From an uncultured Pelagibacteraceae bacterium (GTDB taxonomy: Bacteria; Pseudomonadota; Alphaproteobacteria; Pelagibacterales; Pelagibacteraceae): a stretch of DNA of 64,000 nt. Positions within the stretch are counted from its first letter, which is position 1, and every line of letters begins with the position of its first letter. The notes under the pieces were generated by a model that was not told the DNA's origin, did no database searches, and worked only from the letters and a program-made list of their open reading frames with translations. The stretch is taken from assembly GCA_902579605.1 (NCBI GenBank), contig CACHHD010000002.1, positions 22,442 to 86,441 on the forward strand, read 5' to 3'. Positions 9,729 through 19,705 of this stretch are shown piece by piece. The translations under genes and the position numbers were made by a program.

Positions 9729-10778
9729 ATGGAATTGAAAGAAATTATATCAAAAAAATTTGTTTTGGTAATTCTAATATCTATTCCAGGAGCATTGATA
9801 GCAGAATTTTTGAAAATTCCGCTAGCGTGGTTTCTGGGGCCCATGCTTTTTACATCATTAGCTTCTTTAATGGGATTAAATTTAAAGATGCCAAGAATAA
9901 TTTTATCATTAATTCTAATTTTGTTGGGTCTTTATATTGGAAACTACATCGATAAGAATTTATTTTCTCAAATGCATCAGTGGGTTTGGACATCATTAAT
10001 AATGCTGATTTACATTATTATTAGTGTTTTATTTGTTTCAAAGTATTTGCAAAAATTTTCAAAATATGAAAAAAAAACCTCAATTTTTTCAGCCGCTCCA
10101 GGCGCTTTAGGACCTCTATTAATTATTGCTGAAGATGAAAAATCTGATTTAAGTCATGTAGCAACATCTCATCTTATTAGATTAATAATAATAATCACTG
10201 TTTTCCCATTAATCGTAAATAGCTTTTATGACGTGAAATCTATTGAATTACCAGAAAATGTTTTTGAGGAACAAAATATAATTGATTTATTCATTTTAGT
10301 CACAACTTCTATTATTTTAATTTATTTATTTAACAAATGTAAAATTCCTGCGGCATTATTATCTGGGACTTTGGTAGCAAGTGGATTTTTACAAATTACT
10401 GAATTGGCGTCTTACAGAATATCTCCAGACATAATTGATTATTGCCTTTTAATTTTAGGGGCATCAGTAGGTTGTAGGTTTGTAAATAAAACTTTTATAG
10501 AGATAGGGAAAAATGCATTTCACAGTTTTGTAGCAACTTTTTTTCTGGTAATCTTTGGATTAATCGCTGCATATGTAGCAAGTCTCATAATAGATAAAAA
10601 TTTTTTCACTTTACTTCTTTCGTATTGCCCGGGAGGAATTTATGAGGTGGCTGTTATAGCCATTTTTTTTGATCTAGATCCGGAATTTGTATCTTTTCAT
10701 CATATTATAAGATTATTAATGATTTTATTTATTGTCCCTTTAATTTTAAAATTTATTGAAAAAAAGCATAAATTTTAA
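9729..10778 (+). CDS. AbrB family duplicated membrane protein (putative ammonia monooxygenase family)
   Basis: Two repeated halves with P.AW.LG, APG and CPGG..E motifs, each ending in H..RL. Confidence 0.85.
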   Translation: MELKEIISKKFVLVILISIPGALIAEFLKIPLAWFLGPMLFTSLASLMGLNLKMPRIILSLILILLGLYIGNYIDKNLFSQMHQWVWTSLIMLIYIIISVLFVSKYLQKFSKYEKKTSIFSAAPGALGPLLIIAEDEKSDLSHVATSHLIRLIIIITVFPLIVNSFYDVKSIELPENVFEEQNIIDLFILVTTSIILIYLFNKCKIPAALLSGTLVASGFLQITELASYRISPDIIDYCLLILGASVGCRFVNKTFIEIGKNAFHSFVATFFLVIFGLIAAYVASLIIDKNFFTLLLSYCPGGIYEVAVIAIFFDLDPEFVSFHHIIRLLMILFIVPLILKFIEKKHKF

Positions 10779-10821
10779 AATAGGTTTTTGACTTTAGTTC
10801 AAATTTAGGGTTAAATTAAAT

Positions 10822-11208
10822 ATGGCAAATTTACTAGATCTCATAGGAAGAATTATGATCTCCGCTATATTTTTATTTAGTGGAATAAATAAGATTTTAA
10901 ATTACGACGGAACAGTTGGATGGATGGAGGGATTCGGCGTTCCTGGTTTACTACTTATTCCTGCCATTATTATAGAGATTTTATTTCCTGTACTGATAAT
11001 AATAGGTTATCAAGTAAAAATCGCAGCCAGCGGGCTTTTGTTATTTTCTATGTTAACTGCTTTTATTTTTCATTTTGATTTCTCTAACCAAATGCAAGTT
11101 ATAGCATTTTTAAAAAATATTGGACTTGCGGGAGGAATGCTATTTTTAGTTATTAATGGCGCAAAAGAGTTTTCAATAGAAAAGAAAAAAAAGTACGTTC
11201 GTCTATAA
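10822..11208 (+). CDS. DoxX family membrane protein
   Basis: GRIMISAIFLFSG.NKI, FH and FLKNIGLAGG motifs. Confidence 0.85.
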   Translation: MANLLDLIGRIMISAIFLFSGINKILNYDGTVGWMEGFGVPGLLLIPAIIIEILFPVLIIIGYQVKIAASGLLLFSMLTAFIFHFDFSNQMQVIAFLKNIGLAGGMLFLVINGAKEFSIEKKKKYVRL

Positions 11209-11213
11209 TTAAT

Positions 11214-12713
11214 TTATTTCTTTTTAAAATAACTATTATAAATTTGCCAAACGACTATAAGAACTATTGTAACCATTATACAAAGAGTTAGTGGCCTATC
11301 CCAGAGAAAAGCCCAAGATCCATCACTAATGAGTAGCGACCGTCTTAAATTTTCTTCCATTAATCCTCCAAGTACAAATGCTAATATTAAAGGTGGCATG
11401 GGAAATTCATACAAACGTAAAATAGTTGCTACTACAGCAATACCTATCATCAGGTAGATATCAAAATTATTAAATGACATTAAATAAATACCAGTGACAG
11501 AAAAAAATAAAATTAAAGGAATTAAAAATGCACGTGGTACTGCAAGTATTCTAGCTATGTACGGTATTAAAGGTAGGTTTAATATTAATAATATCACCAT
11601 TCCGATATACATGGACATAATTACTGACCAGAAAATTTCAGGATTTGTTTGGTAAAGTCTTGGTCCAGGTTGAATTCCAAAACCTAATAAAGCTCCTAAC
11701 ATTACAGCTGTGGTACCACTTCCTGGAATTCCTAATGTTAATAAAGGAACAAAAGATCCAGAGCAAGCAGCGTTATTCGCTGTTTCGGGTGCGGCTAAAC
11801 CATTAACACTTCCTTTTCCAAATTTTTGTTTTTCTTCATCTTTTACAAAGTTTCTTTCCATCCCATAAGCTAAGAAAGAAGCTATGGTTGAACCTGCGCC
11901 AGGCAAAACTCCTATAATAAATCCTATGATTGAAGATCTAGGTATTGTCGTTACCATTTTTTTTGTTTCATCTTTATCTAATCTAATTGATCCAAGTTTA
12001 GATAATGATATTTGTTTTGCGGCTTGAGTTGGGTCACTACCTTTAAAAATAATAGTCAAAGCTTCACTCATCGCAAAAGTTGCCATCACAACAAGTACAA
12101 AGCTTATTCCGTCAGCAAGATTCATATTATTAAAAACAAATCTAGGAATATCAGACAAAGTATCTTGTCCAACAGATGCTAACATTAGCCCAAGAACTAC
12201 CATCATCATAGCTTTTAAAAAATGTCCTTTAGCAGAAAATGCAGATACTGCGGTTAAACCTAAAATCATTAGGCCAAAGTAATCCGGTGATCTAAAAGCC
12301 AAACTTACCTTTGATAAACTTGGAGCGGCAAATAATAAAAATATTGCTGCAATTGTTCCTCCTGCAAAAGAACTATAGGCTGCAATTGCAAGAGCTTTAC
12401 CAGCTTTTCCTTGTTGAGCCATGGGATATCCATCAAAAGATGTTGCAACTGTTCCAGGAACACCTGGAGCATTAATTAAAATTGAAGAGGTTGATCCGCC
12501 AAAGACAGCGCCGTAATAAACTCCAGCCATTAAAATTAAACCAGTGGATGGTTCAAAACCATATGTAATTGGTATCATAAGAGCAATCGCCGTCATCGGT
12601 CCCAACCCCGGCAACATTCCTATTATAGTTCCTGCAAAACATCCTATCATTACCATTAAGATATTTTTTAATGATAAGGCTGTATTTAAACCGATTAATA
12701 TTCCTTCAATCAT
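11214..12713 (-). CDS. tctA: Tripartite tricarboxylate transporter permease TctA
   Basis: GMLPGLG, SILINAPG, DGYPMA, APETANNA and LTLGIPGS motifs; 499 aa. Confidence 0.93.
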   Translation of the reverse strand: MIEGILIGLNTALSLKNILMVMIGCFAGTIIGMLPGLGPMTAIALMIPITYGFEPSTGLILMAGVYYGAVFGGSTSSILINAPGVPGTVATSFDGYPMAQQGKAGKALAIAAYSSFAGGTIAAIFLLFAAPSLSKVSLAFRSPDYFGLMILGLTAVSAFSAKGHFLKAMMMVVLGLMLASVGQDTLSDIPRFVFNNMNLADGISFVLVVMATFAMSEALTIIFKGSDPTQAAKQISLSKLGSIRLDKDETKKMVTTIPRSSIIGFIIGVLPGAGSTIASFLAYGMERNFVKDEEKQKFGKGSVNGLAAPETANNAACSGSFVPLLTLGIPGSGTTAVMLGALLGFGIQPGPRLYQTNPEIFWSVIMSMYIGMVILLILNLPLIPYIARILAVPRAFLIPLILFFSVTGIYLMSFNNFDIYLMIGIAVVATILRLYEFPMPPLILAFVLGGLMEENLRRSLLISDGSWAFLWDRPLTLCIMVTIVLIVVWQIYNSYFKKK

Positions 12714-13180
12714 CCTATTATTCCTAAATATTTTAAAAATGGATCACGTAAATAAATGTCTAATAAACCGTGTAATAAAAACATAAAAATTGCAACGAAC
12801 GGGAAAGAAAGTGTAAAAACCCAGAACCATCTTTTTTCACCAAGAGTAATATAGGATAAAACTAAAAAAAGTGAGGTGGATAAGAAGTAACCAGCTTTCA
12901 AAATAGTTACACCATAAATAATCATTAAAATTACTAAAGTAATTGTTCTCCTGTAATCTAAAACTGAAAGATTAACATTTGAAGGTTTTCTCTCCGGTAA
13001 TACCATATAAAGACCAGAAAAAAATAAGCCTGCGTATCCTAAATAAATGGGAAATGTTTTAGCGTTAAAGGGTGCGTCTTCATCGAAAGAAAAAACTCTT
13101 ATTTGATGAGCGTAATATAAATAGAGTCCTGAAAAAATAAAGAAGAGCAGTGAAATTATCTTTACTGGGCTAATTCTCAC
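12710..13180 (-). CDS. tctB: Tripartite tricarboxylate transporter TctB
   Basis: Four-TM small subunit located between tctC and tctA. Confidence 0.85.
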   Translation of the reverse strand: MRISPVKIISLLFFIFSGLYLYYAHQIRVFSFDEDAPFNAKTFPIYLGYAGLFFSGLYMVLPERKPSNVNLSVLDYRRTITLVILMIIYGVTILKAGYFLSTSLFLVLSYITLGEKRWFWVFTLSFPFVAIFMFLLHGLLDIYLRDPFLKYLGIIG

Positions 13181-13204
13181 TGCTCCTCCAATTTATTTGG
13201 GTAA

Positions 13205-14185
13205 CTAAATTACTCCAAGCTTTTTCATTAAAGCTGTCATTTCTTTAGTTTGTGTTTTTAAAAACTTCACAAACTTTTTGTCTGGGTTGTAAATATTTAC
13301 CCAAGCATTTCTTTTTCTTACAGCTTCCCACTCTGGAGTTTTTTGTACTTCACCTAACATTTTAGCAATTTTCTTTTTATCTGTGCTACTCATGTTTGGT
13401 GGTCCAAAGAATCCTCTCCAATTTACGAACTGAACGTCAAAGCCTTGTTCTTTAAGCGTTGGTACTTCTGGAGCATCTGCAACTCTGCTAGGTGCAGTGA
13501 TACCAATTATTCTTACTTGGTCTCTCGCTCCCATTACTTCTCCCAAACCAGTTGAAAGAATTTGAGTTTCACCAGAAAGTAAACCTGCTAATGCTTTTCC
13601 CCCAGCATCGTAAGGTACGTATACAACTTTATTTGGATCAGCTCCCGCTTCTTGGAATGCTAAAGCACCAATTAGATGGTCCATGCTTCCTCTTACAGAT
13701 CCACCCGCCATTTTAACAGATTTTGGATTAGACTTATAAGCAGCAACTACATCTTTAAAGTTTTTATACGGTGAATTTTTTGCAACAGCGATTGCACCAT
13801 AGTCACCTATTACTCCAGCTATCGGCACAACATCTTTGTATGAAAGAACGCCACTTCCACTCACGTAACCTTTATGTCTTGTGATTGATCTTAATACTAA
13901 AGGTGTAGATTGAACTAATACTGTTCCTGATGGTTTAGTATTAATCATGAATGATAAAGCTTTACCTCCACCTCCACCTGACATATTTTCGAATGACGCA
14001 CTTTTTAAGAAACCAGCTTTTGTAAGCGCTTCTCCAGTTCCTCTAGCAGTTCCATCCCAACCACCACCAGCTCCACCGCCAATTACAAAGTGTAATTTGT
14101 CGATAGCAAAACTAGTTGATGAGATTGAAGTTAAAAGAACGGTAGCAAATACAATACTGATAAGTTTTTTAAATTTACTTAACAT
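13205..14185 (-). CDS. tctC: Tripartite tricarboxylate transporter substrate-binding protein TctC (Bug family)
   Basis: Signal peptide; GAGGGWDGTAR, N.SGGGGG, YVPYDAGG, VPTLKEQG and NWRGFFGPP motifs. Confidence 0.92.
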   Translation of the reverse strand: MLSKFKKLISIVFATVLLTSISSTSFAIDKLHFVIGGGAGGGWDGTARGTGEALTKAGFLKSASFENMSGGGGGKALSFMINTKPSGTVLVQSTPLVLRSITRHKGYVSGSGVLSYKDVVPIAGVIGDYGAIAVAKNSPYKNFKDVVAAYKSNPKSVKMAGGSVRGSMDHLIGALAFQEAGADPNKVVYVPYDAGGKALAGLLSGETQILSTGLGEVMGARDQVRIIGITAPSRVADAPEVPTLKEQGFDVQFVNWRGFFGPPNMSSTDKKKIAKMLGEVQKTPEWEAVRKRNAWVNIYNPDKKFVKFLKTQTKEMTALMKKLGVI

Positions 14186-14251
14186 TTGTTTCCCCCATTG
14201 TTTATTAATTAGTATTATTAAAAATAATTAATGAGTAAGAGTCAATATGAT

Positions 14252-15148
14252 TTAATGGAAAAAAGTTCCTCTGATTCTTAATAGCTCTCTAGATAACCCA
14301 GAATGCTCTTTAAAAGCCTTTCTGCCATGAAGCCAGAAATAATTATTTGAAAAAATAGTTGAGCCTACTGGTAAAGGAAATACTACTTTATTTTTACTCT
14401 CCTCTAATGCATCTGATAATTTTTGTAAAAATAAACCTTGTTGCTTATTTTTTGGCTCTGGAAATTGATCGATATAAGAAATAATTGGCTTACCTTTATC
14501 ATCATTTGAGAATACAGGATGTTCAACTTTGTATTCTACATTCTTGCTTTTAGGTGATCCCCAAACAAAATTTTGTCTTCCTACCGGATCTTTACTTAGA
14601 TCATCTAAATATTCCCAATCATCAAGATGGAGTATCACACTTTCTCCTCCTGAAACATTTTGTTCCTCCATTTTCGTCATTATTAGCCAGTCTGTTTTTT
14701 CTTTTACATAAGTGCCGTCAGTATGGAGATCTAAATTTGTGTATGCTTTTCTTAAATAAGAGTCGCTTTGATCTACATGTTTTACCTCAAATCGTGCGTA
14801 GTATTTGCCTGACATAGAGTCAAAATTTGGATTGCCGACAAGATAAGCTAAAGCCGTCGACAGTTTAACTAAAAAATCTTTGTCAAACTTATTATTTTTT
14901 ATTTCGGGTTCGATAATTATTGTTCCTGAGTTTCTATCGTTTAAAACTTTGTTAAGATGTTTGCTCAACTCATTTTTAAATAATTCATCTAAGCTTTTTG
15001 CAATAGTAAACCTAGTAAAAGGTTTATATTCTAATGATGTAATTGAATGTTTTTTAAAAGGGAATATTAATCTATCTAGATCTTCTTCAGGTATTTTTAT
15101 AACCTTTACTCTCTTAGAATTTTTGTGATCTTCAATTTTTAAACTCAT
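14252..15148 (-). CDS. glaH: Glutarate 2-hydroxylase GlaH/CsiD (Fe(II)/2OG dioxygenase)
   Basis: NFDSMSGKYYARF, SDSYLRKAY, LHTDGTYV (HxD), FWLHGR and RELLR.RG motifs characteristic of CsiD. Confidence 0.9.
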   Translation of the reverse strand: MSLKIEDHKNSKRVKVIKIPEEDLDRLIFPFKKHSITSLEYKPFTRFTIAKSLDELFKNELSKHLNKVLNDRNSGTIIIEPEIKNNKFDKDFLVKLSTALAYLVGNPNFDSMSGKYYARFEVKHVDQSDSYLRKAYTNLDLHTDGTYVKEKTDWLIMTKMEEQNVSGGESVILHLDDWEYLDDLSKDPVGRQNFVWGSPKSKNVEYKVEHPVFSNDDKGKPIISYIDQFPEPKNKQQGLFLQKLSDALEESKNKVVFPLPVGSTIFSNNYFWLHGRKAFKEHSGLSRELLRIRGTFFH

Positions 15149-15471
15149 ATACTTGTTAAAACAGATAGAAGTATAGCAGAAAATATTGTCGGTATAACTA
15201 AATTTTTCTTCATTATTATAAAAATGAATATACAGCAGACAAGTACTAATAAACGTACAATTAATTCAGCATCAGCTAATACTCCAGCAGGAAAAATAAT
15301 TATTCTACTGAGCAAGGCTGCTAAAGTTGAATAAGCAACTAAATTAAACCAGTCAAAAAGTTTGGAATTAGCATCTACTCTTTCAGATGTTACTGCTCCT
15401 AAGAACCGGGATATAAAAGTTGCAACTGATGTTGCTATTATAGCTAATACAATAATATTATTAAGATCCAT
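15145..15471 (-). CDS. azlD: AzlD family branched-chain amino acid exporter small subunit
   Basis: 108 aa hydrophobic protein with T...RFL motif, coupled to azlC. Confidence 0.75.
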   Translation of the reverse strand: MDLNNIIVLAIIATSVATFISRFLGAVTSERVDANSKLFDWFNLVAYSTLAALLSRIIIFPAGVLADAELIVRLLVLVCCIFIFIIMKKNLVIPTIFSAILLSVLTSI

Positions 15472-16165
15472 CTCTCACTCCAAATAAATATGATACTGAA
15501 CCTGCTGTTAATCCGGCAAAAAGAATAGCCCACTCACTTGAAAATAAATAAAATAAAGGACCTAAAGTTGTTCCCAAGATTACAGCCAAGGTAATTTTTA
15601 AATTGTTCATTGCACCAATCATCATACAAAAGAAATAAACAGGATTAACAATTGCTAAACCTATAATAATATCTTTATTAAGATAGTCTGATAAAGTGAA
15701 ACCAATTAAAGTTGCTACAATTGCAGTGGACCATGTTCCAAACCCTATACCCATCCAAAAGTCAATTCTATATTTCTGATCAATTTTTTTATAGGTGTCT
15801 TTAGCTATGAGCCAAGAGGAAATTGCAAGAAAATGACATGACAAATAATATTTCCATTTCGGTTGAGACTTATGTTTAAGTAAAGGAAAAAGAGAGACGG
15901 TCATTGGATATAATCTAAAGTTAACTAACCATACTGCTATAAAAATATTTATAATTGACGCCCCTATTAATAAAGACTCGGCCATAACAAGTTGCCCGGG
16001 TAAAGCATAAGTAAAAAAACTTGATGCAGCACTTTGTTGAATATTTAATCCTGCATCCTTAAGTAAAGCGCCAAGTGCAATAAAGCATGCAGCTAATGGT
16101 ATTGCTGGACTTCTAACACCTATTAATGATTTTAACCCTTTAAAAAAGATTTTTGAATTTATCAT
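15461..16165 (-). CDS. azlC: AzlC family exporter permease
   Basis: YALPGQL and VNFRLYP motifs; multiple TM segments. Confidence 0.8.
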   Translation of the reverse strand: MINSKIFFKGLKSLIGVRSPAIPLAACFIALGALLKDAGLNIQQSAASSFFTYALPGQLVMAESLLIGASIINIFIAVWLVNFRLYPMTVSLFPLLKHKSQPKWKYYLSCHFLAISSWLIAKDTYKKIDQKYRIDFWMGIGFGTWSTAIVATLIGFTLSDYLNKDIIIGLAIVNPVYFFCMMIGAMNNLKITLAVILGTTLGPLFYLFSSEWAILFAGLTAGSVSYLFGVRDGS

Positions 16166-16947
16166 CCTCCGAGGAATAAACGACCTACATCAGGATTTTT
16201 TAGAAGATCATCGCCTTTACCAGCAATTGCTGTTTGGCCAGAAACTAGAACGTATCCAATATCAGCAAACTCTAAACCTTTTTTAGCATTTTGCTCTACA
16301 AGTATAATAGTTTTCTTTTCTGCCTTTTGAAGGTCTTCTAAAATTTCAAAAACCATACTTATGTATTTAGGTTCTAAACCGATTGACGGTTCGTCTACTA
16401 ATAATACTGAAGGTTTCATCACTAAAGCTCTGGAGATCTCTAACAATCTTCTCTCACCACCTGATAAAACTTTTGCTGGTTGATTTCTTCTATTTCTTAA
16501 TCTTTCATATTTTTGAAAAATTCTTTCAGCTTCTTCATAAGCTTCATCCTGTTTGTCTTTGATATAACCGCCCATTAAAAGATTTTCTTCAACCGTCATA
16601 TCAGGAAATACTGAATTGTCTTGTAAGATGTAAGCTATACCAACTTTACTTAGTTTTTGTGCAGGAGTTAATTTTGTAATTTCATCACCTTCTAATTCAA
16701 TTTTTCCATCAAAAATATTTGTGAAGCCATAAATAGAATGGAGTATTGTTGATTTTCCTGCTCCGTTAGGTCCAATTAAACATAATGATTGAGCTTTACT
16801 GACGTTTAAATCAAAGTTGTGAAGGATTTCCATTTTTCCATATCCAGCATTTAAACCTCTAATCGTTAGATGAACGTCTTTAGGAGATAGTTTATTAAGG
16901 TCTTCTAATCCAGGTGCTTTACCTAAAACATCATATTGATTTGCCAT
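16162..16947 (-). CDS. LivF-like ABC ATP-binding protein (second LIV-type system)
   Basis: GPNGAGKST, LSGGERR, DEPSIG and LVEQN motifs. Confidence 0.9.
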   Translation of the reverse strand: MANQYDVLGKAPGLEDLNKLSPKDVHLTIRGLNAGYGKMEILHNFDLNVSKAQSLCLIGPNGAGKSTILHSIYGFTNIFDGKIELEGDEITKLTPAQKLSKVGIAYILQDNSVFPDMTVEENLLMGGYIKDKQDEAYEEAERIFQKYERLRNRRNQPAKVLSGGERRLLEISRALVMKPSVLLVDEPSIGLEPKYISMVFEILEDLQKAEKKTIILVEQNAKKGLEFADIGYVLVSGQTAIAGKGDDLLKNPDVGRLFLGG

Positions 16948-17681
16948 TATTGCGCTCCTAGATAAGCATCAACAACTCGCTTATCATTTTTAATTTGATC
17001 AGGTGAACCCTCTGCTAACATTTTACCGTGCGCTAAACAGAAAATTTTTTGAGCTAGGCTCATAATCACTTTCATATTGTGTTCAATAACTAGCAAAGTT
17101 ATTCCATAATCTTTGTTTATTTTAATCAATCTGTCTATAATTCCATTAATTAAAGTTGGGTTAATTCCAGCAGTCGGCTCATCTAATAAAAGCATTTTAG
17201 GTTCATTCATTAAAGCCATTGCTAATTCTAATAATTTTTGCTGTCCGAATGATAGATCCCCTGCTCTCAAATTTCTTTTTTGGTAAAGGCCTACAAAGTT
17301 TAAAAGGTTTTCTGCTTTCTCAGTAAGTTCAGTGGGTACTTTTGCGAAAATAAATCCAGAGTCACTGGCTTTGTGACTTATAAGCATATTCTCTACGCAA
17401 TTTAGTTTTGAATAAATTCTCGTTTGTTGAAAAGTCCTTAGTAAACCAAGTTTAGCTACTGCAGGCACAGGCATTTCTGATACTTCTGTATTATTAAAAA
17501 CAATAGATCCTTTGTCTATTGGATGAGTTCCTACAATAGAATTAAATAAAGTAGTTTTGCCAGAGCCATTAGGTCCAATTAAACCAACAATTGATCCTTG
17601 TTCTACTGAAACAGAAATATCTACGTTGGCTTGCACACCACCAAAAGATTTACTTACACTTTTAACTTCTAAAATGCTCAT
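16947..17681 (-). CDS. LivG-like ABC ATP-binding protein
   Basis: GPNGSGKTT, RTFQ, LSFGQQKLLE and DEPTAG motifs. Confidence 0.9.
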   Translation of the reverse strand: MSILEVKSVSKSFGGVQANVDISVSVEQGSIVGLIGPNGSGKTTLFNSIVGTHPIDKGSIVFNNTEVSEMPVPAVAKLGLLRTFQQTRIYSKLNCVENMLISHKASDSGFIFAKVPTELTEKAENLLNFVGLYQKRNLRAGDLSFGQQKLLELAMALMNEPKMLLLDEPTAGINPTLINGIIDRLIKINKDYGITLLVIEHNMKVIMSLAQKIFCLAHGKMLAEGSPDQIKNDKRVVDAYLGAQ

Positions 17682-18742
17682 TTTAATTCCACCTGTGCTT
17701 TACGATCTTTTTCATCAATTACTTCACCAAATCTTTCTGGATACTTTTCTCTTAACCAACCCATCAATCCCTCTGGGAAATAAACTACGATCACAACAAT
17801 TAAAACTCCTAGCGCAACATATTGCCAACCTAATATAAAGGTCCAAAGTCCTTCTTTGAAGAAATGGAATAAAGTTGCACCAATAATTGGTCCCCATAAA
17901 GTTCCTTTGCCACCAAGTATTGCCATAAGAACCATAAATACTCCCATTTCTCTACCATCAAATGCAACATCTGTGGAGTCTATATATCCTATTAGTCCAC
18001 CCATAATTCCACCGGCTAGACCACAGAAAAATGCAGAACACATCCAACCAACAATTTTATATTTCATTGTTTGAATGCCCATTGCTTCTGCTTTATCTTC
18101 GTTATCTCTTATCGCATTTAAAATTAATCTAAATCTAGAGCCGTAAATATATTTAACAAAAACAAATGCTAGAACTAATACTAGAAAACTTAAGAAGTAA
18201 AAAAATTGTCCTCTTGCTTCAGGATCAACTATTTCTGCTGGAAAAGGTGGTGTAGTAAAGCCTTGACCTGCCCCAATAATTTCTATTCCTCCAGCGATTT
18301 CACCTGCTGCAATTCCTAAACCTAAAGTACAAATCGCAAAGTAGTGACCTCTTAAACCTAATATAGCATAGCCAATCGCACCGGCAACAATAGTAGGAAC
18401 AATAGCTGCAACTAATAATCCAACACCCATTCCTTGAAAATATTGTGCTGTAGTATGCACGAATGTTTTTTCACCTCCACTTTCAGTCCACTCTGCTAAT
18501 GAAAAAAACATACCAACTTGAACTGAAGCGGTTAGATACATTCCAAGGCCATAGAAAAGAATATTCCCAAAAGAATTGTAACCCATCTCTCCGCCTTGTA
18601 AATTCCAAGTCATCGCAAGAACGATTAAGACACAAAGATATGTAAGCTGAACTTTAAAAGCAGAGAATAAATAAGGAGCAGCTAAACCTAAGATAATTAA
18701 ACCAGAGTATAAAATTAGGTCTTTTTGTTTTACTTTATTCAT
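17678..18742 (-). CDS. LivM-like ABC permease
   Basis: LRGHYFAICTL, AIRDNE and ILGGKGTLWGP motifs. Confidence 0.9.
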   Translation of the reverse strand: MNKVKQKDLILYSGLIILGLAAPYLFSAFKVQLTYLCVLIVLAMTWNLQGGEMGYNSFGNILFYGLGMYLTASVQVGMFFSLAEWTESGGEKTFVHTTAQYFQGMGVGLLVAAIVPTIVAGAIGYAILGLRGHYFAICTLGLGIAAGEIAGGIEIIGAGQGFTTPPFPAEIVDPEARGQFFYFLSFLVLVLAFVFVKYIYGSRFRLILNAIRDNEDKAEAMGIQTMKYKIVGWMCSAFFCGLAGGIMGGLIGYIDSTDVAFDGREMGVFMVLMAILGGKGTLWGPIIGATLFHFFKEGLWTFILGWQYVALGVLIVVIVVYFPEGLMGWLREKYPERFGEVIDEKDRKAQVELK

Positions 18743-19636
18743 TTATTTTAAATACTCCCTTTTCTTTGAAAGCTTAAATCTTCTGTAAACTAATATGAAA
18801 ACTAGCAGCATAAATACTGCACCAATTCTAAATTCTGTTCCTAATATATAATCTGCAAACTCTTCGAATAATCCTAATCCCATTCCTGAAACAGCTACTG
18901 CTGGTAAATTACCAAGGCCAGCTACAATTACTATCATGAAAGATCTAACAGTATAAGGAAGTCCTACATAAGGATGAAGAGTAAGAGTGATTGAAATCAG
19001 AGCTCCTGCAATTCCACACAATGCAGCGTTAATTCCAAAAGTTGCTGCATAAACTTTTTCTGTATCTACGCCAAGAATTTTTGCAGCTCTTGCATTTTGA
19101 GCTGTAGCTCTAATAGCTCGTCCAAGTCTAGATTTTTTCATGTAGATAACCAAAGCTACCGCATATAAAACACTTATTACGGCAGAGAATATCTTAGAAT
19201 TTGGTAGGGTTACTGAATTGTCAAATAACATCGTTGTTCCATATCCTGATTGAGCAACGACTACATCTGCACCAAAAATAAAATTCATTAATTGTTGAAA
19301 CACAATGGCAATACCGAAAGTTGCTAAAATTGAAATAAATAGATCGCGGTCTACTACTTTATTAATTACTAATTTATAAAGTGCCCAACCAACAAAAAAC
19401 ATTATAATTGGAGAAACAATAACTCCCCAAGCTGGATGAATTCCAGCAAGATACATTGTGTATGCAATATATCCTCCAAGTATTACTAGATCACCTTGCG
19501 CAATATTAATTATATTCATTACTCCCCATTGAAGAGCCATACCGTATGCAATTAAAGCAAATAAGATTCCTAAAAGAATTCCGTCCAAAGATGCTTGGAC
19601 CATTAGCATTGGGGCTTTAAAAATTAAAAAATCCAT
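18743..19636 (-). CDS. LivH-like ABC permease
   Basis: GVMNIINIAQG, GRAIRATAQN and VAGLGN motifs. Confidence 0.9.
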   Translation of the reverse strand: MDFLIFKAPMLMVQASLDGILLGILFALIAYGMALQWGVMNIINIAQGDLVILGGYIAYTMYLAGIHPAWGVIVSPIIMFFVGWALYKLVINKVVDRDLFISILATFGIAIVFQQLMNFIFGADVVVAQSGYGTTMLFDNSVTLPNSKIFSAVISVLYAVALVIYMKKSRLGRAIRATAQNARAAKILGVDTEKVYAATFGINAALCGIAGALISITLTLHPYVGLPYTVRSFMIVIVAGLGNLPAVAVSGMGLGLFEEFADYILGTEFRIGAVFMLLVFILVYRRFKLSKKREYLK

Positions 19637-19650
19637 AAAAGATTATAACC

Positions 19651-19685
19651 TTTTAAAAGAAAAGCCCCTGGAAAACCAGGGGCTT
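19651..19685 (-). terminator. Intra-operon terminator or stabilising hairpin after the SBP gene
   Basis: Minus strand reads AAGCCCCTGG-TTTT-CCAGGGGCTT followed by TTCTTTT. Confidence 0.8.
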
Positions 19686-19705
19686 GTCAATGCATTAATT
19701 AGTTA

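Noticed and set aside
9729-10778. Ammonia monooxygenase (nitrification) call
   Set aside because: The protein belongs to the AbrB membrane family, whose legacy name is misleading; no amoCAB-like subunits are present.
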